Positions 40,512 through 50,361 are shown, counted from the stretch's first letter. The stretch: DNA of 64,000 bases from a bacterium (GCA_965202625.1 CBDBBI010000010.1:800001-864000), one strand, 5' to 3'. Notes: generated from the letters alone by a model not told the origin. Numbers and translations: made by a program.

Positions 40512-41780
40512 TCACTTTTCCGGGTTTGCGGCGTCCGACGGGACTTTCCCCTCATGGAACGCGGGCACAGGCGGCGCATCCCCATAGACGCGCGCCATGA
40601 CACGCTCGGCGAGATATTCTATCGACGCCTCCTCCTCGTGCCACTCCACGCCCGGAACCTCGGCGATGCACCGTCGCGCCTCCTCCACCCCCGGGCCAGC
40701 GTAGCGGACGATGACGGGAAATTTTTCATAGTCGAGGTCCATTTCCTTGAGGGCGCGCGCCACACCCGCCGCCTTGACGTCCACCCGCGTGAAGTTGCTC
40801 ACGTTTCCCGCCAGAAGCAATCCCTTGAGGCCGGGCATGGAGAGCACGGCCTTGACCGCCTCGCGCATCTTTTCGTCGTAGCGTCCGGGCGTGATGTCAA
40901 ACGTAGTGGCCGGCCTCCCTCCCCGGCGCAGAAGCGCCTCCATACTCGAGAGGCCGTAGCCGCCGCCGGTGACCATGAAGCCGACGTCGCCGTCGAGCTC
41001 ATTGAAGCGAATCGCGCCCACCTCGGGGTCGATGGCGTCCACCTCGCGCATTCGCATCTCCAGTTCGGTGAAAGGACGCCAGCCGTTTCCCCCCTCGGCG
41101 CCCAGCCTGGCAGCCAGGTCCGGATGGCGGAAAAGCGCCTGCGCGTCGAGCTGCGCGGCAGCGGCGGCGACGACCACGCGGCCGTCGGCCAGTTCCGCCA
41201 GCGGGTTCACCTCGATCATCTCGCATTCATGGGCGCAGAAGACTTCATACGTCGCGCCGACCGCGCGGGCGACCTGGCCGGCGAGGCCCCCTGAAAGTCC
41301 CGCGCGCCGCGCCAGGCGGAGGGCGTCGGCGGCGTTGAGTCCTTCCAGAATGTTCACGGGGCATTCAAGGAGTTTCTCCGGATGGGCGCAAGCGAGCGTC
41401 TCTACGTCCACGCCGCCCTCCGCGCTGAAGAGGATGAGCGGACATTTTCTCCCCGCGTCGAAGGAGACGGAGCAGAACATCTCGCGCCTGATGTCGAGCG
41501 CCTCCATCACGATGAGGCGTTTGACGGGAAAGCGCCGCACCTCCATGTCGAGAATCGCCTCCGCGCGCGCGCGCGCTTCCTCCGCCGAGGCGGCGAACTG
41601 CACCGCGCCCGACCTGCCCCGCTTTCCGACCGGCACGAGCCCCTTGATGACGACGCGTCCGCCCAGGCGCGCGAGGGCATCGGCGGTCTCCTCCGCACTC
41701 GCGCACACCTCGAAATTTGGGACGGGGACGCCGCGCGCAGCGAGTAGAGCCAAAGAGTCGTTCTCCAGAAGGCGTGACAC
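40512..41780 (-). CDS. SucC/ATP-citrate-lyase-beta-like ATP-grasp subunit
   Basis: VVIK...GKRGRSGAV, SAEGGVDVE, IEVNPL; C-domain has NFTRVD rather than SucC GGIVRCD; GTG start with GGAGG. Confidence 0.85.
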   Translation of the reverse strand: MSRLLENDSLALLAARGVPVPNFEVCASAEETADALARLGGRVVIKGLVPVGKRGRSGAVQFAASAEEARARAEAILDMEVRRFPVKRLIVMEALDIRREMFCSVSFDAGRKCPLILFSAEGGVDVETLACAHPEKLLECPVNILEGLNAADALRLARRAGLSGGLAGQVARAVGATYEVFCAHECEMIEVNPLAELADGRVVVAAAAAQLDAQALFRHPDLAARLGAEGGNGWRPFTELEMRMREVDAIDPEVGAIRFNELDGDVGFMVTGGGYGLSSMEALLRRGGRPATTFDITPGRYDEKMREAVKAVLSMPGLKGLLLAGNVSNFTRVDVKAAGVARALKEMDLDYEKFPVIVRYAGPGVEEARRCIAEVPGVEWHEEEASIEYLAERVMARVYGDAPPVPAFHEGKVPSDAANPEK

Positions 41781-42126
41781 GCGCGACCTCCAAGAAGGGG
41801 CGATCCGTCTCGTTCCTCCGCGCCCGAAAACCGGCGAAGGGGGCGTACGATTCTTAACCTCTCCGCCCCCACGCGTCAAGATTCCGGCGGTTTCCGGAAC
41901 CCGACCCATGCGTAGGGACGGACACACGTGTCCGCCCGCCCGCAGAGGGACGACCGCCCGGGGACGGGACAATCGCACATCATGCGCGACGACCACAGGG
42001 AGTTGTCCCTAAGCCTCTCCCCTCCCCAAACGCGCGGAAACGCCGTAGTGTGGGGACACCGCGTTTTTGTTCACGCCCCCTCAGGCGGGGCGGCCCGTCG
42101 CTCCGGTTTTTGGGGGAGGACGTTCG

Positions 42127-42770
42127 ATGGCCCCGACGACGAAACCGCCGGTTCTCACGAAGCGCGAGGGCGCGATCGCCGCCCTCACTCTCCACCGTCC
42201 CGAGAAAAGAAACGCCCTGAACGCAGAGTTCATCCGCCAGGGGCAGTAGCGATAGAGGCACTGGAGGGGCAGCGCCGCTTTCTTCACCGGGGCCAACCTT
42301 GTCGAGATGGACGCCTTGACGCGCGAGAGAGCGCGGGACTTCATCTCCAACCTCCACACCTCATCCGCAGCCTCCGCGAATTTCCCCATCCGGTGGTCTG
42401 CAAGTGCCACGGGCGCGTTCTAGGCGGCGACTTACACCTCGCCGACGACGATACGCACTTCTCCATACCCGATGTGAGGCTGGGCGTCCCCCTCCGTCAT
42501 AGAGGCGGCGCCGTTTCCACCCGTCTACAGTCTCGGCGCCGCGCAGGACTTCCTTCTCACAGGCAGGGAATTTGACGCGCGAGGGGCGGCATCGGCATCG
42601 TTCAGCGGATATGCTCGCCGCCCTAGGGGTGCTGTGCGCCCAGAAAAGGCTGCTGTGGGGTTGGGACGCGCGCGTATCTGGACGCCGCCGTTCCGCCTTC
42701 CATCGACACCTTCGAGGCTTCCTTCGATAGCGGCGAGCCGCAAGAGGAGATGGCCGTCGCGCGGGAGACG
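42127..42770 (+). pseudogene. Degraded enoyl-CoA hydratase/crotonase
   Basis: IAALTLHRPEKRNALN* ... FFTGANLVEM ... FPHPVVCKCHGRVLGG ... FSIPDVRLGVP with stops and frameshifts; end approximate. Confidence 0.75.
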
Positions 42771-42832
42771 AATAGAGTCGCGCGGATCGGCAAGGTTGTG
42801 AATCCTGCGCCCATACGCTATAAAAAAACCTG

Positions 42833-42849
42833 TTATGTCAAAGACATAA
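42833..42849. promoter_or_regulatory. Palindromic candidate operator
   Basis: TTATGTC-AAA-GACATAA in an AT-rich stretch upstream of the aminotransferase gene. Confidence 0.4.
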
Positions 42850-43025
42850 AAGCAGAGTTTCTCCCAAAGTTTCTGGAATGCGAAGAAAGCGCATCGTTGG
42901 CGAGAAGCTCAACCATGTATCAAAAGACGGAGGCGCGCTACACGAGGACGAAACTGCGAAGAGCTCTCGCCCCCTCTCCGGCTGAAAAAGCGCGACGGGC
43001 GCGCGTCCTCCTAGTGGCCGGAGAA

Positions 43026-44177
43026 ATGATGAAAAGACGCATCGCCAGAACCGTCGCCGAGATTTCGGGCGGAGAGCGCGCTGACCACATGACTGCAAGA
43101 ATGCCGCCGGGCATGGCGCGTCTCGATTCGGGAACGCCGAACTTCCCCACGCCCGAGCACGTCAGGAAAGCCGCCAAGGAAGCTCTCAATGCGGGACTCA
43201 CGGGCTACGCCCCTGGTCAGGGGGACCCCGAGTTTCTCGAAGCCGTGTGCGAGCACGTCGAGCGAGAGGCGGAGGCGAGATATACGCCCCGTTCGATCAT
43301 CACCACGAACGGGGCAAGCTCGGGCATCTACGCCGTCATGACGACGTTTCTCAACCCGGGGGATGAGGTCGTCCTGATGGACCCCACGTTCTCCCTCTAC
43401 GCCCACGTGGCACGCCAGCTGGGTGCCGTCCCCGTCCAGGCACCCCATGCCGGAGATTACCACCTCGACCTTGAAGCCGTCCGACGCGCCATCTCGCCCC
43501 GCGCGCGCCTGCTCCTCATCAACAACCCGAACAATCCTACGGGCGTGGTCTATCGGCACGACGAACTGGAGGCACTGCTCGAGCTCGCCGCCGCGCACGA
43601 CCTCATGGTCGTCTCAGACGAGGCGTACGCGAAAATCCTGCAACCCGGCTTCGAGCATGTCCCCCTGCTCTCTTTCACTGCGCATGCGGAGCGCCTCATA
43701 CTTCTTGACACCTTCTCCAAGACCTATTCGATGACCGGTTGGCGTCTCGGCTTCATGGTCGTTCCAGAGGACCTCGCCCGGACGATGTTCGGCGTTCATC
43801 GCTCGATCAACGGGCCGATCAACACCTTCGTCCAGCGTGCGGGCGCGGCCGCGCTCAGAGGCTCCCAAGAGTGCGTGGCGGAAATGGCGCGCGTCTATCA
43901 CAGGCGGGGCCGGCTCATTCACGAGATGGCGCGAGAGATTTCCGGCCTAACGCCGGTTCCGCCCCAGGGCGGCTTCTATCAATACTGCCGATATGCGTAC
44001 CCCCTCCCCTCGGCAGAGATGAGAAAGCGCATCTGGGAGGCCGGGGCTGCCGTCCGCAGCGGCTCTGAGTTCGGCGATTCGGGCGAAGGCCACCTGCGCT
44101 TCACCTATTCGGTGGACGAAGAGGTGATTGCGAAGGGCATGGAGGTTGTGGGCGACGTGTTTCGGCGCCTGGGCTGA
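43026..44177 (+). CDS. PLP-dependent aminotransferase class I/II
   Basis: GTPNFPTP, NNPNNPTG, SDEAY, FSKTYSMTGWRLG. Confidence 0.93.
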   Translation: MMKRRIARTVAEISGGERADHMTARMPPGMARLDSGTPNFPTPEHVRKAAKEALNAGLTGYAPGQGDPEFLEAVCEHVEREAEARYTPRSIITTNGASSGIYAVMTTFLNPGDEVVLMDPTFSLYAHVARQLGAVPVQAPHAGDYHLDLEAVRRAISPRARLLLINNPNNPTGVVYRHDELEALLELAAAHDLMVVSDEAYAKILQPGFEHVPLLSFTAHAERLILLDTFSKTYSMTGWRLGFMVVPEDLARTMFGVHRSINGPINTFVQRAGAAALRGSQECVAEMARVYHRRGRLIHEMAREISGLTPVPPQGGFYQYCRYAYPLPSAEMRKRIWEAGAAVRSGSEFGDSGEGHLRFTYSVDEEVIAKGMEVVGDVFRRLG

Positions 44178-44407
44178 GGCCGGCGGCGGATTCAGAGAAA
44201 AAGGCGCGTGCGGGGGCGGCTGTAAGCAGAGCAGAATAATTGTGAATTTCGCGTGTAAAAGGCGAAAACATGCCCTTTCTCTTCCTTTTTCAAGGGCGTT
44301 TATCGTGGGGATTTTCAGCGTTCCAACTCCCCCGCTGTGGCATATTCGCCACATAAGAACGTTTGCGGAGATTGTCGCGGATCATCTGAAAGTAAGGGGA
44401 GACGTTC

Positions 44408-45172
44408 TTGAAGGTTCATTTGAGCGGACTAAGGTTAAGGTTGCATCGCGCCCTTAAATCGAAAGAAATCAAGATAAGGGGCGTTCGATTGCACGCGAGC
44501 GAAGGTTTTGTCCCCCGATCTGTGCAATCTGCATTGTACAAGAAAAAATGGGAACGTGCCGAATCTCGTTTATTGGAATCGGTGCTGCGGCCGCAGCACC
44601 GGGTACTGGAGATTGGGGCCGGCATCGGGTTCACCTCCTTGCTCGCAACGAAGCTGACGCAAGAGGGCCAGGTGCTCTCTTATGAGGCGAATCCCGCTAT
44701 GCGGCGCGTGATCGAGGCGAACTTTCGATTGAACGATCTGACCCCCAACTTGCGGATGCGGGCGATTACGCGAGATGGGTCGAAAGTCCGGTTTTTCGTG
44801 GAGCAAAACCCGCAATCCTCCTCCCTACTCCAACGAAGCCAAGAGGCAACCCTCATTCAGGTGGAGAGCGACGCGATTGGAGACGTCATAGAGGCCCATC
44901 GGCCGGATGTGATTCTCATGGATGCTGAAGGGGCGGAAAGAGAACTGATTGCCGCCGCGAATTTTGAGACGGTGGATTTTTTGATTATAGAATTTCATCG
45001 CCGCCTTGTTGGAGAGGCGCAAGCGGATTCCTCGGTGAGATGCCTCGAAAACTCCGGTTTTGAAGTGGTGAAAAGGCTTGGGAAGAGGCATGTCCTATTT
45101 GAAAACAAGGGGACAAACAGAGAATCGATGGGAGCGGCGGAGGCGCGGGTCCAGCCCCATCATGCGAGATGA
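44408..45172 (+). CDS. FkbM-family SAM methyltransferase
   Basis: VLEIGAGIG, YEANP, ILMDAEGAE, IIEFH. Confidence 0.85.
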   Translation: MKVHLSGLRLRLHRALKSKEIKIRGVRLHASEGFVPRSVQSALYKKKWERAESRLLESVLRPQHRVLEIGAGIGFTSLLATKLTQEGQVLSYEANPAMRRVIEANFRLNDLTPNLRMRAITRDGSKVRFFVEQNPQSSSLLQRSQEATLIQVESDAIGDVIEAHRPDVILMDAEGAERELIAAANFETVDFLIIEFHRRLVGEAQADSSVRCLENSGFEVVKRLGKRHVLFENKGTNRESMGAAEARVQPHHAR

Positions 45173-45313
45173 AAGCGCCCTCCCCCTGCCTTTGAGAAAC
45201 CGCCCAGGAGGCGCGCGCCGCGTCCCCGTCTTGACGTTCGTCCACGCTTCGGCGTAGCGTTGCTCCGGCACCTAAGCGGCGAACTTCAACGTCCTCCCCA
45301 TCTGGAGACATCC

Positions 45314-46684
45314 ATGCAGCAGCCAGCGGACACGGCCAAGATCGCGGACGCCTATGCGGAATCGCTGCCCGCCTCGCGCGCCTTGTTCGAGCGGGCGAAG
45401 GAGATTTTCCCCGACGGGGTGACGCACGACAACCGCAGGATGCGCCCGTTTCCTATCTATGTCGAGCGTGCCGAGGGCGCGTATAAATGGGATGTGGACG
45501 GCAACCGCTATGTGGACTACTGGATGGGCCACGGCGCCCTTATGTTCGGGCACAATCCGCCCCACATCCAGGAAGCCGTGAACGAGGCCGTGCTTCAAGG
45601 CTCACATCACGGTGCGAGCCATCGGCGAGAGGTGGAATGGGGCGAATGGGTGCGTCGTCTGGTACCGAGCGCCGAGCGGGTGCGCTTCACCGCCTCGGGC
45701 ACCGAGGCTACGCACATGGCGCTCAGACTCGCGCGCGCCGCCACGGGAAGAAAGCGCGTGCTCAAGTTCGCGGGCCACTTTCACGGCTGGCACGAGGGAC
45801 TGGAGATCGGCGTACGCCCCCCCTACACGAACGCGCCCGAGGCGGGGCAGCTCGAGGAGGTGACGAATCTCGTCACCGTCTGTCCGCCGAACGACCTTGC
45901 AGCCGTGCGCGCCGCGCTCGCCTCGAACCAGGTCGCCGCGCTCATCCTCGAGCCGACCGGCGGACACTTTGGCACTATCCCCATGCGGGGGGATTTCGTG
46001 GCCTCCCTTAAAGAGGAGACCGCGAAAGCAGGCGCCCTCCTCATTTTCGACGAAGTGGTGAGCGGGTTTCGCGTGTCGCCGGGCGGAGCGCAAGCCCGCA
46101 TCGGGGTGACGCCCGACCTCACCGCCCTTGCGAAAATACTCTCAGGCGGCCTTCCGGGCGGAGCCGTCGCCGGACGGGCGGACGTCATGGAACACCTCGC
46201 CACCAAGGCGGACCCGCAAGCCGACCGGCGCGCGAAGATCGCCCATCACGGCACCTTCAACGCCAACCCTATCTCGGCGGCCGCGGGGTGTGCCATGCTC
46301 TCCTCTTTGGCCGATGGCGAGGCCACGAAACAGGCGAACGCACAGGCCGAGAGACTGCGCTACGGAATGAACGAGATTTTGGCGCGAGAGGCGTTGCCCT
46401 GGAAGGTGTATGGCGCATACAGCGACTGGAAAATTTTCTTCGGCGCCGACGCTCCGCCGCGTGAGGGGGCGGACCAGGACGTGAGCGGGTTCGAATGGCA
46501 ACGCCTGGACGCCAAGGACGCGGACAAGAGCCGCGCGCTACGGCAGGCGCTGATCCTCCACGGAGTGGACTTTAACGGCGCACGCGCCCTCGTGGGCGTT
46601 TGCCACACGGACGACGTTATAGAGGAGACGCTCGCCGCCTTCCTGGCGGGGATTCAGGCCATGAAGGCGGAGGGCGTCGTCTAG
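45314..46684 (+). CDS. Aminotransferase class III (GSA-aminomutase-like)
   Basis: WDVDGNRYVDY, RFTASGTEA, LIFDEVVSGFR, LAKILSGGLP, GTFNANP. Confidence 0.9.
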   Translation: MQQPADTAKIADAYAESLPASRALFERAKEIFPDGVTHDNRRMRPFPIYVERAEGAYKWDVDGNRYVDYWMGHGALMFGHNPPHIQEAVNEAVLQGSHHGASHRREVEWGEWVRRLVPSAERVRFTASGTEATHMALRLARAATGRKRVLKFAGHFHGWHEGLEIGVRPPYTNAPEAGQLEEVTNLVTVCPPNDLAAVRAALASNQVAALILEPTGGHFGTIPMRGDFVASLKEETAKAGALLIFDEVVSGFRVSPGGAQARIGVTPDLTALAKILSGGLPGGAVAGRADVMEHLATKADPQADRRAKIAHHGTFNANPISAAAGCAMLSSLADGEATKQANAQAERLRYGMNEILAREALPWKVYGAYSDWKIFFGADAPPREGADQDVSGFEWQRLDAKDADKSRALRQALILHGVDFNGARALVGVCHTDDVIEETLAAFLAGIQAMKAEGVV

Positions 46685-46895
46685 GAGGGTTTCTGGGCGC
46701 GTGCGTCGCACAAGTCGCTCACACGGGCGCGCTAGAATCACGGCGTCTCGTCGGCGATGTTTTCCGCCCGTTTGGCCGCGTCGCCTGAAGAGAGCGTAGC
46801 GCCCCGCATCAAGGGTCCCCTTCGCTCATCAAAACGAATCGCGCGTGGGACGGAGGAAGCGGCCCGCCGTCCTAGACGCTTGAGGAGAGGCCAAT

Positions 46896-48146
46896 TTGTA
46901 TAGTGCGCTGCAGGGTCTGCTGAGCCTGGATTCAGGGAGAATCGCGGACGACATGAAACACCCCTTTGCCTGCCCGGACACGGGTGGAAGCCTGCGGGGC
47001 AGCTACGACCTCGAATGGGTGAAGGCGTGCGTGGACAGGGACGAGGTCGCACGCAGACCCAAGGGCATCTGGCGTTGGCATGAACTGTTGCCCGTCCGGA
47101 ATGAGAAAAACGTAGTCTCGCTCGTCGAGGGCGACACCCCCCTCATTCACGCCGAGAGGCTGGGGGAGGCACTCGGATTCAAGAACCTCTACCTTCTGGA
47201 CGAATCGAGAAACCCCACCGGCTCGTTCAAAGATCGCGGCGGCTCCGTCACCATCAGCAAATGCAGGGAAGTCGGCGTCGGTAGGATAGTGCTGCCATCA
47301 TCCGGCAACGCGGCCGCCTGCTTCAGCGCCTACTGCGCGCGGGGGGGGATCGAATTCATCGGCTTCGTGCGCGAGGATAGCTCCGCCGTTCATTGCCTCC
47401 AAGTGGGCGCATATGGAGCGTTCACGCTCCTCGTCGAGGGCGATCAGGGCGTGGGCGGCCGCTTCGCCGAGGAGGTGTCGAAGGAGCTGGGCTGTCTGCA
47501 CGCCACCCTACCGCGAAACCTGTACCGAATCGAAGGAAAAAAGACAGCCGCTTATGAGATCGCGGAAAAGCTCGGCTGGCGCGCGCCCGAGCGCGTCGTC
47601 TGCCCCACCGCGGGCGGCACGATGGCCCTCGCGATGGAACAAGGCTTCCGAGAGTTACTCGCCTTGGGCTGGATCGAGAGGATGCCGGCGATTGACGTCG
47701 TGCAGGCCGGGGGTTGCGCGCCCATCGTAAAGGCACTGCGCACGGGCGGAAGAGTCGCGCCCTGGGGCGAGGTGCGGACGAAATCGGCAGGCCTCACGAG
47801 TCCTTTCCCGGGGGCGGGCGACCGCGTGGCCGATGCCGTGCGAGACTCCGGAGGACAAGGCGTGGTGGTGAACGATGAGATGAACATCGAGGCGGAGTTC
47901 CTCATCGCCAGGAGCGAGGGGCTGTTCCTGCAACCCGCCTCGGCAGCGTCTGTGGCCAGCCTCATGGAGAGCGCGGATCGGCCGGAGCGTCCGGCGGCGG
48001 ATGAAACCATCGTCTGCATCGGCACGGGCACGGGCAAGAACGCGGCGGAGGTGGCAAGCGCGGTGCTCGGAAAGCCAGAGCAGATTTCACCGGATATAGA
48101 TGCGTTCAAAAAGGCATACGCATCCTGGAGAGGCGGCCGCCTGTAG
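46896..48146 (+). CDS. Threonine synthase-like PLP enzyme
   Basis: EGDTPL, NPTGSFKDRG, YRIEGKKT, IGTGTGKN; TTG start after GAGGAG. Confidence 0.88.
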   Translation: MYSALQGLLSLDSGRIADDMKHPFACPDTGGSLRGSYDLEWVKACVDRDEVARRPKGIWRWHELLPVRNEKNVVSLVEGDTPLIHAERLGEALGFKNLYLLDESRNPTGSFKDRGGSVTISKCREVGVGRIVLPSSGNAAACFSAYCARGGIEFIGFVREDSSAVHCLQVGAYGAFTLLVEGDQGVGGRFAEEVSKELGCLHATLPRNLYRIEGKKTAAYEIAEKLGWRAPERVVCPTAGGTMALAMEQGFRELLALGWIERMPAIDVVQAGGCAPIVKALRTGGRVAPWGEVRTKSAGLTSPFPGAGDRVADAVRDSGGQGVVVNDEMNIEAEFLIARSEGLFLQPASAASVASLMESADRPERPAADETIVCIGTGTGKNAAEVASAVLGKPEQISPDIDAFKKAYASWRGGRL

Positions 48147-48457
48147 CCTGTAATAAATACCCTCACGGCGCAATGCGCTTGCGATGGGGGGGTGGCATCA
48201 GCGCGAGAGCGAAATGCGTAGAGTGCGGCGTCAGACATGCCCGAAAGCGGATGACGCGAATTTTCACCAGATTCCGAAAAAACTTCCACGCAAAGAACTC
48301 GCTTTTCAGAGTGCTCATTCCATGCCACTCACCCAGACACGCCCCGCGCGCCTCAAAGCCCCCGGCTTCCCAAAAGACGGAGCAAGGGAGAAGAACGCTA
48401 TAGATTTTCGTTTTATTTTCTCTTATATTCTTCTTTTCTCATCCAGACAAAGGAAGA

Positions 48458-49708
48458 ATGGCGATGGTGACAGAGAAAACCCTTCAGAAACTGGCCATCC
48501 TCGGCGGACAATCCTTCGACGACAGGGAAGGCCCGCCCGGCGCGCGACGGTGGCAGAAATACCGGCGAAAATTCCAGGGTTCGGACGCGCCGGCGATATT
48601 CCCCGTCCCCTTCTCCGGCGGACGTGTCATGCCGCTTCTCTCCACCATGATGACAAACGCCTGCAGCTACGATTGTCATTATTGTCCCATGCGCGCCTCG
48701 CGCGATATGCCGCGCTACGCCTTCGGCCCCGATGAGCTGGCCGAGGCTTTCATGGTGCTGAGGAGAAAAAACCGCGCCCAAGGGCTTTTTCTCACAAGCG
48801 GAATTCCGGGCAGCGGGATCGCCGGCGTGGACAGGATGATAGCGGCGGCCGAGCTTCTGCGCTTCAAGTATCGTTTCGGGGGCTACATTCACCTCAAAAT
48901 GCTGCCAGGGGTTCAGGACACCCAACTCAACCGCGCCGCACAGGTGGCCACGAGGCTTTCGGTGAACCTTGAAGCCGCCACCGAGGGGGGCCTTCGCGCC
49001 ATGGCACCCGAGAAAAAACTGGACGCCGACCTCAGACCCTCCCTTCGACACGTAGGAAAAATCGCGCGCGAGGCGTCTGTGGAAAACACCGGACTCATCC
49101 CCGGAGGCGTCACAACGCAGTTCATCGTGGGGGCCAGCGGGGAGAGGGACGTAGACGTTCTTGCGGCGTCCCACTCCCTACAGAAGGAGGGACTCCTACG
49201 GCACGCGCACTTCAGCGCCTTCAAGCCGGTTGCGGACACGCCGATGGACAGCCTGCCCACAATCTCCAAAACACGCGAGCACCGCCTCTATCAGGCAGAG
49301 CGCCTGCTCCGGGAGTATGCGTTCACGCTCGATGAAATTCCCGTCTCACAAGGCAATCTGGCACTTGATGAGGACCCCAAAATGGCGTGGGCGAAGCAAA
49401 ACCGCTCGAAATTTCCCGTAGAGATCATGACCGCCGACCCGAAAACCCTGATGCGCGTGCCGGGAATCGGCCCTACGTGGGCGAAGCGCCTCGGCAACGT
49501 AAGGAGAGAGGCGCACTTTCGGGACTTCAAAGACCTCGCACGCCTGGGTCGCATTCGACAATCGGCGGCGGGCTGGCTCACCCTACGCGGCAAACGCCTG
49601 GGGCCAGAGCCGGTATTCGCCACGCAGCTGAGCCTCGACCTGCGAATGAAGCGCAAAAGGCGCGCTTTCGCCTCGAGACAAACCCTGCCGCCCTGCTCGT
49701 TTCGATGA
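48458..49708 (+). CDS. Putative DNA modification/repair radical SAM protein with helix-hairpin-helix
   Basis: CSYDCHYC, YIHLK, RLSVNLE, REHRLYQA, LMRVPGIG (TIGR03916-like architecture). Confidence 0.88.
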   Translation: MAMVTEKTLQKLAILGGQSFDDREGPPGARRWQKYRRKFQGSDAPAIFPVPFSGGRVMPLLSTMMTNACSYDCHYCPMRASRDMPRYAFGPDELAEAFMVLRRKNRAQGLFLTSGIPGSGIAGVDRMIAAAELLRFKYRFGGYIHLKMLPGVQDTQLNRAAQVATRLSVNLEAATEGGLRAMAPEKKLDADLRPSLRHVGKIAREASVENTGLIPGGVTTQFIVGASGERDVDVLAASHSLQKEGLLRHAHFSAFKPVADTPMDSLPTISKTREHRLYQAERLLREYAFTLDEIPVSQGNLALDEDPKMAWAKQNRSKFPVEIMTADPKTLMRVPGIGPTWAKRLGNVRREAHFRDFKDLARLGRIRQSAAGWLTLRGKRLGPEPVFATQLSLDLRMKRKRRAFASRQTLPPCSFR

Positions 49709-49727
49709 TGAGGCGTGTGAGATGCAC

Positions 49728-49756
49728 TTGACGAGAAAAACCAATGGGACTACCCT
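49728..49756 (+). promoter_or_regulatory. Candidate promoter of tRNA-Glu
   Basis: TTGACG-N17-TACCCT. Confidence 0.45.
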
Positions 49757-49820
49757 TCTCTCTGTCGCCATCGGGTTGCGGTTGCGCGCGATGGGTGGGG
49801 TGGGGGAGACACCGCGTTAT

Positions 49821-49895
49821 GGCCCCTTCGTCTAGCGGTCAGGACACCGGCCTCTCACGCCGGGAACAGGGGTTCGAGTCCCCTAGGGGTCACCA
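49821..49895 (+). tRNA. tRNA-Glu (anticodon CTC)
   Basis: Acceptor GGCCCCT/AGGGGTC, anticodon arm CCGGC-CT CTC AC-GCCGG, T arm AGGGG-TTCGAGT-CCCCT, encoded CCA. Confidence 0.97.
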
Positions 49896-50037
49896 CACCA
49901 CCCCTGAAAAGCGTTTTCGCTCTCTTAGCGGCCAGCTAACGTGTTGTGCGAAAAAGTCAGTAGGATCCTTCGACAAGGTGCTCGTGCGACATGTCTTGAC
50001 CGCTCGAAACTCGACCGAAATCAATGAGGAGGAACGC

Positions 50038-50361
50038 ATGAAACGCGCGTTGCTTTGCGTTGCTTTTTTTGCAGTGATTTTCTCTGTCCCCACGCAAGCA
50101 TACGCGGCGCAATTATGTCCGGATGGCTCCTATGTCGCCTATGCCCCATGTCATCTGTGCCCCGACGGATCTTACGTAGGTGGTGGCCGCGGCTGCCGGA
50201 TGACGCCGAGAGGCACCTATGTCCCTGACCGAGGCCCGGCCCAGATGGCACCCGACGGCTCATACGTTCCTGGGGGCGGCAACGTGAGAGCGTGTCCGGA
50301 CGGCAGCTACGTAACCGGACGCTGCTTCCTCGCGCCAGATGGAACCTATGTCGGCAAGTAG
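50038..50361 (+). CDS. Small secreted protein with six (C/A)PDG(S/T)YV-type repeats
   Basis: RBS GAGGAGG, signal peptide ending AYA-A, tandem CPDGSYV-like motifs. Confidence 0.8.
   Translation: MKRALLCVAFFAVIFSVPTQAYAAQLCPDGSYVAYAPCHLCPDGSYVGGGRGCRMTPRGTYVPDRGPAQMAPDGSYVPGGGNVRACPDGSYVTGRCFLAPDGTYVGK

Noticed and set aside
40361-40603. Small ORF between the sucC-like and sucD-like genes
   Set aside because: No recognisable motif and partly overlaps the beta-subunit gene; cannot be supported as a gene.
42621-42630. CCCTAGGGGT matching the tRNA-Glu 3' region as a possible att site
   Set aside because: Only 10 nt, no integrase nearby; compatible with chance.
42813-42843. dif-like site (TATAA...TTATGTCAAA)
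   Set aside because: The spacer is 9 nt rather than 6; the sequence is better explained as a palindromic operator.
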